52,961 nt of DNA, taken from NCBI GenBank assembly GCA_001783185.1, contig MFQY01000047.1, forward strand, positions 1-52,961, read 5' to 3'. The position numbers were made by a program, and so were the translations under genes. Of this stretch, positions 1-8,592 are shown one piece after another (the stretch's first letter is position 1; the number at the start of each line of letters is the position of its first letter). The stretch is from Candidatus Magasanikbacteria bacterium RIFOXYC2_FULL_40_16 (GTDB lineage Bacteria > Patescibacteriota > Patescibacteriia > Magasanikbacterales > UBA922). The notes under the pieces are model-generated. The model was not told the DNA's origin and did no database searches. It was given only the letters and a program-made list of their open reading frames with translations.

Positions 1-7
1 ACGGAAG

Positions 8-62
8 GGTTTAAGGGCACCTTATCCCGACTTAGTCGGGACGACTCCCATCTGGACCACCA
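8..62 (+). other. Family-A hairpin repeat unit fused to a tRNA-like 3' end (ends ACCA); any 5' part lies outside the window
   Basis: GGTTTAAGGGCACCTTATCCCGACTTAGTCGGGAC is followed by GACTCCCATCTGGACCACCA. The latter reads as T-loop 3' half, T-stem, 7-nt acceptor strand, discriminator and CCA. The same repeat unit recurs at about 10636 and 19000, with a TCCCGAT variant at 22681, 24114 and 40559. Confidence 0.3.
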
Positions 63-147
63 ATTAAAAAGGTTTTTACCGCTTTTGTTAGCAGGCTTTT
101 TTTATTTATGATATAATCCAGATATTAATTTATTTAATCAAAATAAT

Positions 148-264
148 ATGAAAAAAGAGAGATCAATCCTCGCTGTGGGGATTTTAGTGGGTTTCATAAG
201 TTTTGCCGCGATAATGTGGGTATTGGTCGTGGCAGGCATCGTCGGATTTGTTTTAAGAGCGTAA
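148..264 (+). CDS. Small hydrophobic peptide (38 aa, one TM segment), hypothetical
   Basis: ATG-to-TAA ORF read from sequence (MKKERSILAVGILVGFISFAAIMWVLVVAGIVGFVLRA), too short for the ORF track. A hairpin terminator follows directly. Confidence 0.35.
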   Translation: MKKERSILAVGILVGFISFAAIMWVLVVAGIVGFVLRA

Positions 265-280
265 GTTTCTAAATAAAAAA

Positions 281-317
281 ATCCCTCCGATATTGTGTTG
301 GAGGGATTTTATTTTTT
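281..317. terminator. Bidirectional intrinsic terminator
   Basis: ATCCCTCC-N11-GGAGGGAT stem flanked by an A-run upstream and a T-run downstream. It lies between convergent ORFs 148..264 (+) and 317..1384 (-). Confidence 0.6.
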
Positions 318-1384
318 TAATTATTCTGTAGTTCGTCTTGATAGTAGTGAGCATATATGGACATCATCGCCATAAACAGAGAAGCGACAATCGGTCCAAT
401 GATAAATCCGGAGATGCCAAATAACACAATTCCGCCAAGGGTTGAGAATAGCACAATCAGCGGGTGTAATTCCGTTCCCTTTCCGACCAATACCGGACGA
501 AGCAAATTATCTATGGTGCTTATCAAGAATGTGCCAACAATAAGTATGACTATTCCTTGCCAAACATTGCCGGTCGCAAGCATTATCATCGCTGTCGGAA
601 ACCAGATTACAAATGAGCCGAGCGCCGGAATCAATGATAGTGTTACCATAATTACTCCCCAAACAAACGCGCCTTTAACACCGGTCGCCCAAAACAATAA
701 ACCGCCCATTGTTCCTTGCAAACCTCCAATAATCAAGGTTGTTTTTAAAGTCGCGATAGCGGTGTTTCTAAATTTTTCATAGAACATCAATTCATATCTG
801 TCTCCAATAGGTGAAATAAAGGAAAAATATTTTGCTATTTTTTTGCCGTCTTTGAAAAAGAAATAAAGCGTGTAAAGCATTATGAAAAGCATGAAGACAA
901 ATTTAACCGAATTTTGAGTGATGTTTTTAATATTTTCAAACACAAACAGACTGATTGTTTTGGCGGCGCTACTGGCGTATTGCGTCCATTGCGCGCTGAC
1001 ATCCTGGATATACGGAGCCAGAGGACTGTTTTCCAGCCAGCTGGTAATTCCTTTGACATTGGTGATGATTGAATCGCCTTGTGAGAAGGAAACATATAAT
1101 TGAACCGATTGCTGAACCAAGAGAACTGATAATAAAAACAATGGCAAGAAAATTATTACAATCACTAATAAAACGCTAATGAGAGAGCTGACTGCCGGAA
1201 TATCAATATATCTATTGATAAATTTGTTAATCGGTTGTAAAAGTATGGCCACCACCGCCGCCCAAAATATGGCGTAAATGAATGGTCTGATTAAATATAG
1301 TAAAACTATAAATAGAATTAGTATAGAGCTGAAAAAAATGACAGTGCGCATTTTTTCAAAACTTAGTTGGTTTTTTGCGTTCAT
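317..1384 (-). CDS. AI-2E family (PerM/UPF0118) membrane transporter
   Basis: 355-aa ORF with multiple TM stretches. The overall pattern, including LRPVLVGKGTELHPLIVLFSTLGG, is typical of AI-2E permeases. Confidence 0.85.
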   Translation of the reverse strand: MNAKNQLSFEKMRTVIFFSSILILFIVLLYLIRPFIYAIFWAAVVAILLQPINKFINRYIDIPAVSSLISVLLVIVIIFLPLFLLSVLLVQQSVQLYVSFSQGDSIITNVKGITSWLENSPLAPYIQDVSAQWTQYASSAAKTISLFVFENIKNITQNSVKFVFMLFIMLYTLYFFFKDGKKIAKYFSFISPIGDRYELMFYEKFRNTAIATLKTTLIIGGLQGTMGGLLFWATGVKGAFVWGVIMVTLSLIPALGSFVIWFPTAMIMLATGNVWQGIVILIVGTFLISTIDNLLRPVLVGKGTELHPLIVLFSTLGGIVLFGISGFIIGPIVASLFMAMMSIYAHYYQDELQNN

Positions 1385-1450
1385 AATTAAAAAGGCTTGA
1401 AAAGCTTGAAAAGCTTGAAAGGCTAAAAAAGCTGAATTTATTATAAAACT

Positions 1451-1480
1451 ATTATATCATTTCGGGGGGGAAAAATACAA
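1451..1480 (-). promoter_or_regulatory. Putative promoter of the AI-2E gene with a C7 tract in the spacer
   Basis: The minus strand reads TTGTAT, an 18-nt spacer containing CCCCCCC, then TATAAT, about 65 nt upstream of the ATG at 1384. Confidence 0.35.
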
Positions 1481-1481
1481 A

Positions 1482-1508
1482 CCCCCCCCCGCTGTACAGC
1501 GGGGGGGG
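1482..1508 (-). terminator. Intrinsic terminator built from homopolymer arms
   Basis: On the minus strand, C8-GCTGTACAGC-G9 is followed by TTTGTATTTTT, directly downstream of the stop of ORF 1529..1849. Confidence 0.55.
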
Positions 1509-1528
1509 TTGTGGAGTTTAGTTTTTTG

Positions 1529-1849
1529 CTAGGCGGCTTCTTCTTCCGCTTTTTTACGTAATTCTTCTATTTTTGCGTCTTCTCTTTGAGCCTCGTCTGC
1601 TTGGCGATCAAATTCCAATGATGATACGCCGGATTCAATGTCTTCATCAGTGAGGTCTTTTAATGTCTCTCCTGATATCATTTCATTATCACCCTTGTCT
1701 GCGCCGTGTGATTCCCCAGCTATTCCTGCGTCTTCTCGTTCAGCGTCTGCTTTTTGGCGATCAAATTCCAATGATGATACGCCGGATTCAATATCCTCAT
1801 TAGTGAGGTCTTTTAATGTCTCTCCTGACATCATTTCTCTTTCTCCCAT
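1529..1849 (-). CDS. Acidic protein made of two near-identical halves, hypothetical
   Basis: 106-aa ORF in which SGETLKDLT[N/D]EDIESGVSSLEFDRQ occurs twice. The underlying about 82-nt DNA segments (1603-1684 and 1756-1837) are nearly identical and offset by 153 nt. Confidence 0.6.
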   Translation of the reverse strand: MGEREMMSGETLKDLTNEDIESGVSSLEFDRQKADAEREDAGIAGESHGADKGDNEMISGETLKDLTDEDIESGVSSLEFDRQADEAQREDAKIEELRKKAEEEAA

Positions 1850-1919
1850 ATAATTTATAATTAAAAATTAGTTTTTAAGCCTCGTAAGCATTGCAAGCCT
1901 CGTAAGCCTTTCAACTATA

Positions 1920-2471
1920 TTAAACCACCTCTTCTTTTTTTGCAAGTTGCCATTTCCCCACCGGCAATGTCCCTAACTTCAGTTTGCCGATTTTTGTCCG
2001 GCGGATTATGGATATATTATAACCCAGTCGTCCAAACATCCGGCGGATTCGGGTTTCTTTCCCTTTTAGGTTTATTGTAATAATCGTCCTCTTTCCTTTA
2101 TTGAATTCTCTTTTTATTTTTATTCCCGGAAAAAATTCGCCATCAATATTCATCCCCGCTTCCAGCACTTTTTTGGCGTCGCGGATAAGCGGACGGCCGA
2201 TTGTCAACTCATATTCGCAATAAAGGCGGGCAAACCAGGCGGATGCGCCTTGGTCATTTGTCAAAATCGCCAACCCTTCAGAGTCTTTGTCCGGCGCGTT
2301 GATAAAATAATCCTTGGCGTTCAAGTCTTTATTATAATTGCCGGCGTAATTTTCTTTTATAATTAAATCAGACACGAGCAAGTTTTGTTCTCCGTCAGTT
2401 GAGACAGAATAATCAACTGGTTTATTCAACGCGATATATATTTTGGGATTTTTTTGCGGTTTAGTCTCCAT
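1920..2471 (-). CDS. Pseudouridine synthase, RsuA/RluB-like catalytic domain (no S4 domain seen)
   Basis: PDKDSEGLAILTND resembles the catalytic-Asp motif. The C-terminal RRTKIGKLKLGTLPVGKWQ resembles the conserved family end. Confidence 0.7.
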   Translation of the reverse strand: METKPQKNPKIYIALNKPVDYSVSTDGEQNLLVSDLIIKENYAGNYNKDLNAKDYFINAPDKDSEGLAILTNDQGASAWFARLYCEYELTIGRPLIRDAKKVLEAGMNIDGEFFPGIKIKREFNKGKRTIITINLKGKETRIRRMFGRLGYNISIIRRTKIGKLKLGTLPVGKWQLAKKEEVV

Positions 2472-2473
2472 AT

Positions 2474-3046
2474 TTATTGTTTAAATTCTTTAGTCTTCAA
2501 CATATAATCAAAGCGGATTATATTGTAAGAAATAAATTCGTTTTCAATCGTGCCATCCAGCGCCATTTGCACCGCTTTTTTGAAAGGGACAAATTTTACA
2601 TCAATAATATGTTCGCCCCGCTCCGGTTGGCGTCCGACGAATTTCAAATCAACCGCGTAATAAATGTAGATATCCCAAAACAGCGTGTTGCTGGGCGATT
2701 TTTTGTGGATTAGTTTTATTTTTTTCGCGGTATAGCCGGCTTCTTCCGCCATTTCGCGCAAGGCGGCTTTGCGGGGCGTGTCGCCCGGTTGATCTACGCG
2801 TCCGCCCGGTAAAAACCAGACATTTTTTTGATAGCCGTGCCGGCGTTCTTTTATCATTAGGATTTCATTTTTCTCGTTAAACGCCAAAACACTGACGCTG
2901 GGCGCGCGTTCGCAATACTCGTAAGTTTCTTTGAAGCCGTCGGGGAAAATCACTTCTCTTTGCTTGATTGAGAAGATTTTTCCTCGGTAGGTATCTTTTA
3001 ATTTTCCAAATTTGGCTTTTTTCATATGGCGTTTATAGAGTATCAT
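2474..3046 (-). CDS. NUDIX hydrolase (ADP-ribose pyrophosphatase-like)
   Basis: Nudix box GGRVDQPGDTPRKAALREMAEEAGY. Confidence 0.85.
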   Translation of the reverse strand: MILYKRHMKKAKFGKLKDTYRGKIFSIKQREVIFPDGFKETYEYCERAPSVSVLAFNEKNEILMIKERRHGYQKNVWFLPGGRVDQPGDTPRKAALREMAEEAGYTAKKIKLIHKKSPSNTLFWDIYIYYAVDLKFVGRQPERGEHIIDVKFVPFKKAVQMALDGTIENEFISYNIIRFDYMLKTKEFKQ

Positions 3047-3061
3047 TTTCGGCGATGTTTT

Positions 3062-4957
3062 TCAACGGTTTATATAATTATAAGAATCGTTTATAAATTC
3101 ATCAAGCTTATTTTTCATATCTTCAAACAGTTCTTTGTTTTCCTCTTTTTCTTTTATATCGTTTTGGAAAAGGGGGTCCTCGGTTAGACTATACAGATAA
3201 TATTTTCCATCGCCGTCAAATTCATATTTCAGCATATAATCATTGAATATCAGGCCTCTTTTTTTGTATTTTTGCCAGTTGGCGTAGTCAACTATTTTGG
3301 CCTTTTTGTAGTTTGTTATGGATAACACTCGATTGTTAAAAATATACAAAGGACTAGTTACGTTTTTGAGGTCTACATCAGCTTCGAGATATATATATTT
3401 TCTTTTGTAATTTTCTATATTATCAATGTCAAAAGCGATTTTTATTGAATCCATAAGCGCATAGTTTCCTTCAGCAGTTTTCTTTTCCGTATTTTCCTTG
3501 ATAAGGTAAAATGGCACGTTAATTACGGTTTTGGCGTCTATATTATTGTGGGAGAAAATATACAGGTCATCGTCAAACAGCCCTTCCCCTTGGTCTGAGG
3601 TAATAATGATTGTAGAGTTTTTTGTAAGTCCCAATTTTTTTAATTTGTCATAAAAATACCGCACCTCATTGTCCGCGTCATGAACGGTCATCATATATAA
3701 ATTACGGATATTGTCGTTAGCTTCTTTTGAAAAACCGGTATAAGTATGGTCTTTGTAATCAAACAACCATGCGTATTTTTCTGTAGTTTCCTTCCTTGAG
3801 TATTTTCTGTAATAGGGGTATTTCGCTTCAAAAGGGATATGGGGACTGCTCAAAGAGACAAAAGCTAATTTCTTCTCCCCTTTGTTTTTATTTAGATAAT
3901 TTAAAGCGGAGTTGATTGTGTTTCGGTTGTTGCTGTTGCTGTCGGATTGATAGTATTCCGGCAGTAAAAGATTGCGGAGCGGTTCGCTGTTTATTATGGA
4001 AAGTAGGATTATATTTTTTTTAATTATATTTGCTCTAAAATTGGTGGCATTGTCAATATATGGGGCATGAATTTTATCAAAGGGTATATTGAAGTTGCTT
4101 CTATTCACAATATCGTCATCCGTATAATCTGTGTGGAGAGAAAGTTTATAGTTTTTTTTGAGCTCATTGACGAATGACAGATCCATTTGGTTATTTAAAA
4201 ACATTGATGTGCCATTGAATTTGTAGGGGTAATCGGTGGAAAAAATTGAGGCCAAGGTCGGGACTGAGGCGGGGAACACGGTGTACATATTTTCCACACT
4301 GACGGAGTTTCGAGTAATTTGGTTTATAAATAAATCATTATTTTCTTCAACAGCATCTTTTCTTAGGGAATCAACCAAAATGTAAATGACAGTCTCGTTA
4401 TTTTCGATTTTGTTTTTTAAAAAAACCGGATTTTGAACAAGGTAAGAGCCGGTGAGGAATAGAAATACGGCAATAAAGGCAAAATAGCGGAAAAGCAAGA
4501 ATAGTTGGGTTAGAAATATCAGAATCAGCAAGGTGTCAATAAATATTTTTATATCAAAAAAAGTGAGCGCGTCTATAATGAATTTACAGGTAAATGATTT
4601 TTCATAAAATACTTGATAAAGAAATGGTTCGGTGATAATTGAACGCGCGAGCAAAAGCGCCATGATTATAAAAAAGATTAAGTTGCCGTTTATTTTTTTA
4701 TTATATTTTTTGTTGAAAAGTTCCGCGGATAAATAACACAAAAATGACAGAAAAAAGAGCAGGGCGTAAAGCAACAGAAGTATTTTTGTAAACACAACGG
4801 ATTCTTCAAAGGTTACCAAAGAAATATCCAGGATTTTAGTCATTTGAGCCAACTGCATTGTTTCGGCATCGGTAAATATATTTACAAAAAAAATAACAAG
4901 CGACACGGCCAGCGCGATAAAAGAAAAAAGTAAGTTTTTGAGAATGATTTTTTTCAT
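3062..4957 (-). CDS. Membrane-anchored alkaline-phosphatase-superfamily enzyme (sulfatase/LtaS/PEA-transferase-like)
   Basis: ORF-track frame 3062..5254 trimmed to MKKIILKN (ATG 4955-4957), which overlaps the upstream stop as ATGA. An N-terminal multi-TM region is followed by VIYILVDSLRKD and ITSDQGE motifs. Confidence 0.75.
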   Translation of the reverse strand: MKKIILKNLLFSFIALAVSLVIFFVNIFTDAETMQLAQMTKILDISLVTFEESVVFTKILLLLYALLFFLSFLCYLSAELFNKKYNKKINGNLIFFIIMALLLARSIITEPFLYQVFYEKSFTCKFIIDALTFFDIKIFIDTLLILIFLTQLFLLFRYFAFIAVFLFLTGSYLVQNPVFLKNKIENNETVIYILVDSLRKDAVEENNDLFINQITRNSVSVENMYTVFPASVPTLASIFSTDYPYKFNGTSMFLNNQMDLSFVNELKKNYKLSLHTDYTDDDIVNRSNFNIPFDKIHAPYIDNATNFRANIIKKNIILLSIINSEPLRNLLLPEYYQSDSNSNNRNTINSALNYLNKNKGEKKLAFVSLSSPHIPFEAKYPYYRKYSRKETTEKYAWLFDYKDHTYTGFSKEANDNIRNLYMMTVHDADNEVRYFYDKLKKLGLTKNSTIIITSDQGEGLFDDDLYIFSHNNIDAKTVINVPFYLIKENTEKKTAEGNYALMDSIKIAFDIDNIENYKRKYIYLEADVDLKNVTSPLYIFNNRVLSITNYKKAKIVDYANWQKYKKRGLIFNDYMLKYEFDGDGKYYLYSLTEDPLFQNDIKEKEENKELFEDMKNKLDEFINDSYNYINR

Positions 4958-5967
4958 TTTAAATATTTTTTTGTGAAATCTGTAAATAAATTTTGCGATA
5001 ATAAAAGCGCAATTGCAAGCGATGCCAGCAGGATGATGGCCAGAGAGTAAGCGGTCCCTGTTTTGTAAATTAAGATAATGAGCAAAGTGGTTTTGAAGAA
5101 TTTTATTATGAAACCGTGCCACAAATACACTGCTAATGAGTTTTTTCCCAAGGATGTAAAATAATTTTTTCCCGCCGGTATGAGTTTGATGGCGGAGATG
5201 CCCAATAATAAAGATCCGGCTATCAGGAATAATCTGTATATGCCGGCATACCACTGCGAGTTGCCTAGAGAATTGTAATTTACAGCTCCATAAAGCCAGC
5301 GGTAATCAATGGATGTATTTGCGTAGAAAAATAATAAAAATCCGGCAATTATAAAAATCGATAAGATTTTATCGCCTTTAAACTTTATGTTTGAAAAAAA
5401 ATTCGGAGTCGCGTAATGTCCTAACAGGAAAATCGGGAAAAATACGACTGTCCTTGATAAGCTGAGGAAATAGCCGTCTATTGGCAGGTAGCCGATTATG
5501 GCGGATAGTAGAATACTGACAGGCAGGATGTATTTTATTTTAAGCGCGTAAGGCAGGATAATTTTCCAGAAGAATAAGCTTAATAGATACCATAAAATCC
5601 AGTAGGGGATGAAAATAAAATTATAGAAGCTAAAATTGTCGGTGATATAAAAATCAAAAAGGGAATATAGTGTCTGGAAAATTATAAGGGGGAGTATAAG
5701 ATTTGCGGTGTATTTCTTTATTTCTTCTTTGGCTATCTCTTTTTTTGAGAATATGCCGGAGATGAAAATAAACATCGGGATGTGGAAGGTGTAAATAAAG
5801 AGGTAGAGAGTTTTGTAATATATATTGTATTCTGTGAAAGGCGCGATGAAATGCCCGAATACGATTAAAAATACCAAAAAAAATTTGGCGTTATATAAAA
5901 GATAATTTTCGTGGGTTTGTTCCGTATTTTTTGGTGGATTTTCCATATTATGAAGTAATTTTATCAT
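4954..5967 (-). CDS. Acyltransferase family 3 (OafA-like) membrane protein
   Basis: 337 aa, polytopic. The N-terminal FLVFLIVFGHF pattern is typical of acyltransferase_3. Confidence 0.8.
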   Translation of the reverse strand: MIKLLHNMENPPKNTEQTHENYLLYNAKFFLVFLIVFGHFIAPFTEYNIYYKTLYLFIYTFHIPMFIFISGIFSKKEIAKEEIKKYTANLILPLIIFQTLYSLFDFYITDNFSFYNFIFIPYWILWYLLSLFFWKIILPYALKIKYILPVSILLSAIIGYLPIDGYFLSLSRTVVFFPIFLLGHYATPNFFSNIKFKGDKILSIFIIAGFLLFFYANTSIDYRWLYGAVNYNSLGNSQWYAGIYRLFLIAGSLLLGISAIKLIPAGKNYFTSLGKNSLAVYLWHGFIIKFFKTTLLIILIYKTGTAYSLAIILLASLAIALLLSQNLFTDFTKKYLK

Positions 5968-5990
5968 TTATATGGATCGGGTTCAATCGT

Positions 5991-7244
5991 TCATCTGATA
6001 TCCAATACGCATAATCCTTCAATATGCGGGGTGCGTGGGAAGAAGTTGTAAAGCTTTAAAAAAGAAACTTTGTATAATTCGCTTAAGTATTTGATATCGC
6101 GCGCTTGGGTGCTCAAATCGCAGGATAAATAAATGACGCGCGGAGGTTTTTGAGAAATAATTCTATCAATAATTTTTTTATCCAAGCCGGCGCGGGGCGG
6201 GTCAACGATAATGGTTTTGTTTTCATCAATCGCTTCAAGCATTTTTTCCGACGGACTGCAGATTGCCTCGCAGTTAGTCAATTTATTCAACAGAATATTG
6301 GTTTTTGTGTATTCCGCCGCTTCCGGGTTGCTTTCTACCAGCAGAACAGATTGGAGTTTTTTTGCCAAAGGGAGGGTAATCGCCCCCGTGCCGGAATAAT
6401 AATCAACCAATGGGGTATTTTTTTCAACAAATCCGGCAATATCTTTGAGCGCGCGTTCAAATACCGGCAAATTGATTTGGAAAAAAGTCTGGATGCCGTG
6501 CTGTATGGCCGTATCCATTATTTTGTCTTCCAAATAATTTTGACCGAGGCTGTAGGTCAGTTCATTATTATTGGCGTTAAAAACTGAAAAACCGATTAGT
6601 TCATCATTGAGAGCGGGGGACAGTTTTTTGCTTAATTTTTGGTTGAGAAATAGTCCGGCGATAACTTGGTCTTGCCGGTTGCATTTGATTATCAGTTTGT
6701 TTAAGACGGATAAAGCTAATTTATTTTCGTTTATAAAATCAATAAGATAGTTGGCGTATTTATTGATAATCGGTCGGGCGAGAACCGAACCGTCAGCCGG
6801 GATTTTGGTTGTTTCCCCTCGATTTAAAAAAGCCAAAGTGATTTGGCCGTCAGGCAATCGGTCAAAATAAAATTCCATTTTATTGCGGTAGCCGAATTGC
6901 GCGTCGTCGGATTCAATTTTGAGTTCATTTTCTTTGATTTCCAGCCCGCCATTTCGCCTGTAGGTTTCCAGCGCGATTTGTTTTTTCCATTCGTTTTCCG
7001 CCGGCCACGATAAAATCTGCCATGGACTGGTGGATAAAAAACTTTGTTCTTGCGGGGCGATTCGGTCGGGGGAAGGGTTGATAATTTTTACAGCCACGGC
7101 CTCGGCAAAATTCTTTTTGTTGATGGTATAATCAACTTCCACATCTTCGCCGGGGAGAGCGTTCCAGACAAAAACCGCTTTGCCGTCAACTCGGGCCAAG
7201 CCTTGTCCCCCGAAAATAAGTTTTTCAATGTGGATTGGAGGCAT
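5991..7244 (-). CDS. RNA (uracil-5-)-methyltransferase, RlmD/TrmA (RumA) family
   Basis: TRAM-like N-terminus (GGQGLARVDGKAVFVWNALPGEDVEV), SAM motifs (YYSGTGAI, VDPPRAGL) and C-terminal FPRTPHIE. Confidence 0.85.
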   Translation of the reverse strand: MPPIHIEKLIFGGQGLARVDGKAVFVWNALPGEDVEVDYTINKKNFAEAVAVKIINPSPDRIAPQEQSFLSTSPWQILSWPAENEWKKQIALETYRRNGGLEIKENELKIESDDAQFGYRNKMEFYFDRLPDGQITLAFLNRGETTKIPADGSVLARPIINKYANYLIDFINENKLALSVLNKLIIKCNRQDQVIAGLFLNQKLSKKLSPALNDELIGFSVFNANNNELTYSLGQNYLEDKIMDTAIQHGIQTFFQINLPVFERALKDIAGFVEKNTPLVDYYSGTGAITLPLAKKLQSVLLVESNPEAAEYTKTNILLNKLTNCEAICSPSEKMLEAIDENKTIIVDPPRAGLDKKIIDRIISQKPPRVIYLSCDLSTQARDIKYLSELYKVSFLKLYNFFPRTPHIEGLCVLDIR

Positions 7245-7285
7245 AATTTATTATATTAGCCGAATAATTATCTTTTTTGCTCATT

Positions 7286-8452
7286 TTATTCAACATACAA
7301 AAGCAGGCTTTTTAAATATTCACCCTCGGGGTGGAAAATATTGATTGGGTGGTCGGGCGCGAGATGATGACGGCCGATAATGCGGACATTTCGTCCGGCT
7401 TCTTGGGCTGCCTGAAAAACAACGGTTTGAAATAATTTTTCATCAACATGATAAGAACAGGAAGAAGTCAGGAGCAGACCGCCGGCCGGTATTTTTTTAA
7501 TCGCCAGCCGGTTTATATCTTTATACCCTCGGCAAGCTTGGACAATATCGGATTTTTTTTTGGCGAATGCCGGCGGGTCAAGAATGATTAAATCATAATT
7601 CAGCGGTTTTTCCCGTAGAAATTCAAAAACATCTTCCGCCAGCCAGCCGTGTTTGTTAATTTTAATTTTGTTCAGCTCGGCGTTTTTTCGCGCCAGATTA
7701 ATTGCGTCTTCGGAAATATCAACCGTGTCTGTTTGCTCCGCTCCACCGGCGATGGCGTAAAGTGAAAAGCCGCCGGTATAACCGAAGCAATTCAACACCT
7801 TTTTATCTTTGGAAATTTCTTGAACCCATTTTCGCATTTCTCGCTGGTCAAGAAAAAACCCCGTCTTTTGTCCGCCTTTGATTGACACGATAAACTTTAT
7901 ATCGTTTTCCAATATTTCCACCTCGTCAATGTCCTCGCCCCATAGCAGACCCTCTTGGTTTTTTAGCCCTTCTTCCCCACGCGAAGGCAGATTTGATTTT
8001 TCATAAATCGTCTTCGGTTTTAAAACGGTTTTGAGATGCTCAACAATCAGCGGTTTTAGTTTTTCAATTCCCAGAGTCGCCACTTGGATTACCGCGACAT
8101 CGTTATATACATCAACAATCAGTCCGGGAATAAAATCGCCCTCGCTGTTTATCAGGCGGTAGGCGTTGGTAGTTTTGCGGTCAATTATTTGTTTGCGAAA
8201 CGCGATGGCTTTATCAATTTTTTGTTTCAGCGCCTCTTCGGCCGGGGTTTTGTTAAAACTCAACATTCGTCCGGAAATTGAAGTTCGGCTGTTGAAATAG
8301 GCATAGCCCAAAAATCCGCCTTTGGAATCCTCCACCGCCATAATATCGCCGTCGGTAAATTTTGGAATATGTTTGATGGCGCCGGAAAAAATCCAGTGAT
8401 GTTTGTTAAGAATGGGCCTTTCTTTGCCCGGTTTTAGAATTACGGATTGCAT
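7286..8452 (-). CDS. RlmI-type SAM-dependent rRNA (cytosine-C5) methyltransferase
   Basis: PUA-like N-terminus, FGYTGGFSLYA and ILDPPAFAKKK. The ORF track begins at a TTG (8527); the first ATG (MQSVILKPG), placed by in-frame arithmetic at 8452, is preferred. Confidence 0.8.
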   Translation of the reverse strand: MQSVILKPGKERPILNKHHWIFSGAIKHIPKFTDGDIMAVEDSKGGFLGYAYFNSRTSISGRMLSFNKTPAEEALKQKIDKAIAFRKQIIDRKTTNAYRLINSEGDFIPGLIVDVYNDVAVIQVATLGIEKLKPLIVEHLKTVLKPKTIYEKSNLPSRGEEGLKNQEGLLWGEDIDEVEILENDIKFIVSIKGGQKTGFFLDQREMRKWVQEISKDKKVLNCFGYTGGFSLYAIAGGAEQTDTVDISEDAINLARKNAELNKIKINKHGWLAEDVFEFLREKPLNYDLIILDPPAFAKKKSDIVQACRGYKDINRLAIKKIPAGGLLLTSSCSYHVDEKLFQTVVFQAAQEAGRNVRIIGRHHLAPDHPINIFHPEGEYLKSLLLYVE

Positions 8453-8592
8453 AATATATATAGTTAAAACAGGTTTTTTAATATGTAAGATATTTTTAAG
8501 CTTACTCTTAAATGAGGATAATTTCAACCCCGCCGGTCTTTACTTCTCCTCTTTTGGCATATACAATATACACTATATATAATTATTTTTTT

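Noticed and set aside
357-1103. ORFs 357..782 (+), 880..1095 (-), 918..1103 (+) inside or antisense to the AI-2E gene
   Set aside because: They are nested in a confidently assigned membrane-transporter frame, and no independent signals support them.
4954-4957. Alternative genetic code (TGA recoded, as in some CPR lineages)
   Set aside because: TGA terminates well-supported genes (for example at 4954-4956 and 23261-23263), and conserved proteins translate cleanly with the standard code.
3062-5254. 730-aa version of the sulfatase-like ORF
   Set aside because: The first 99 codons overlap the acyltransferase gene in another frame. The MKKIILKN start gives the classic ATGA coupling and a sensible N-terminal TM segment.
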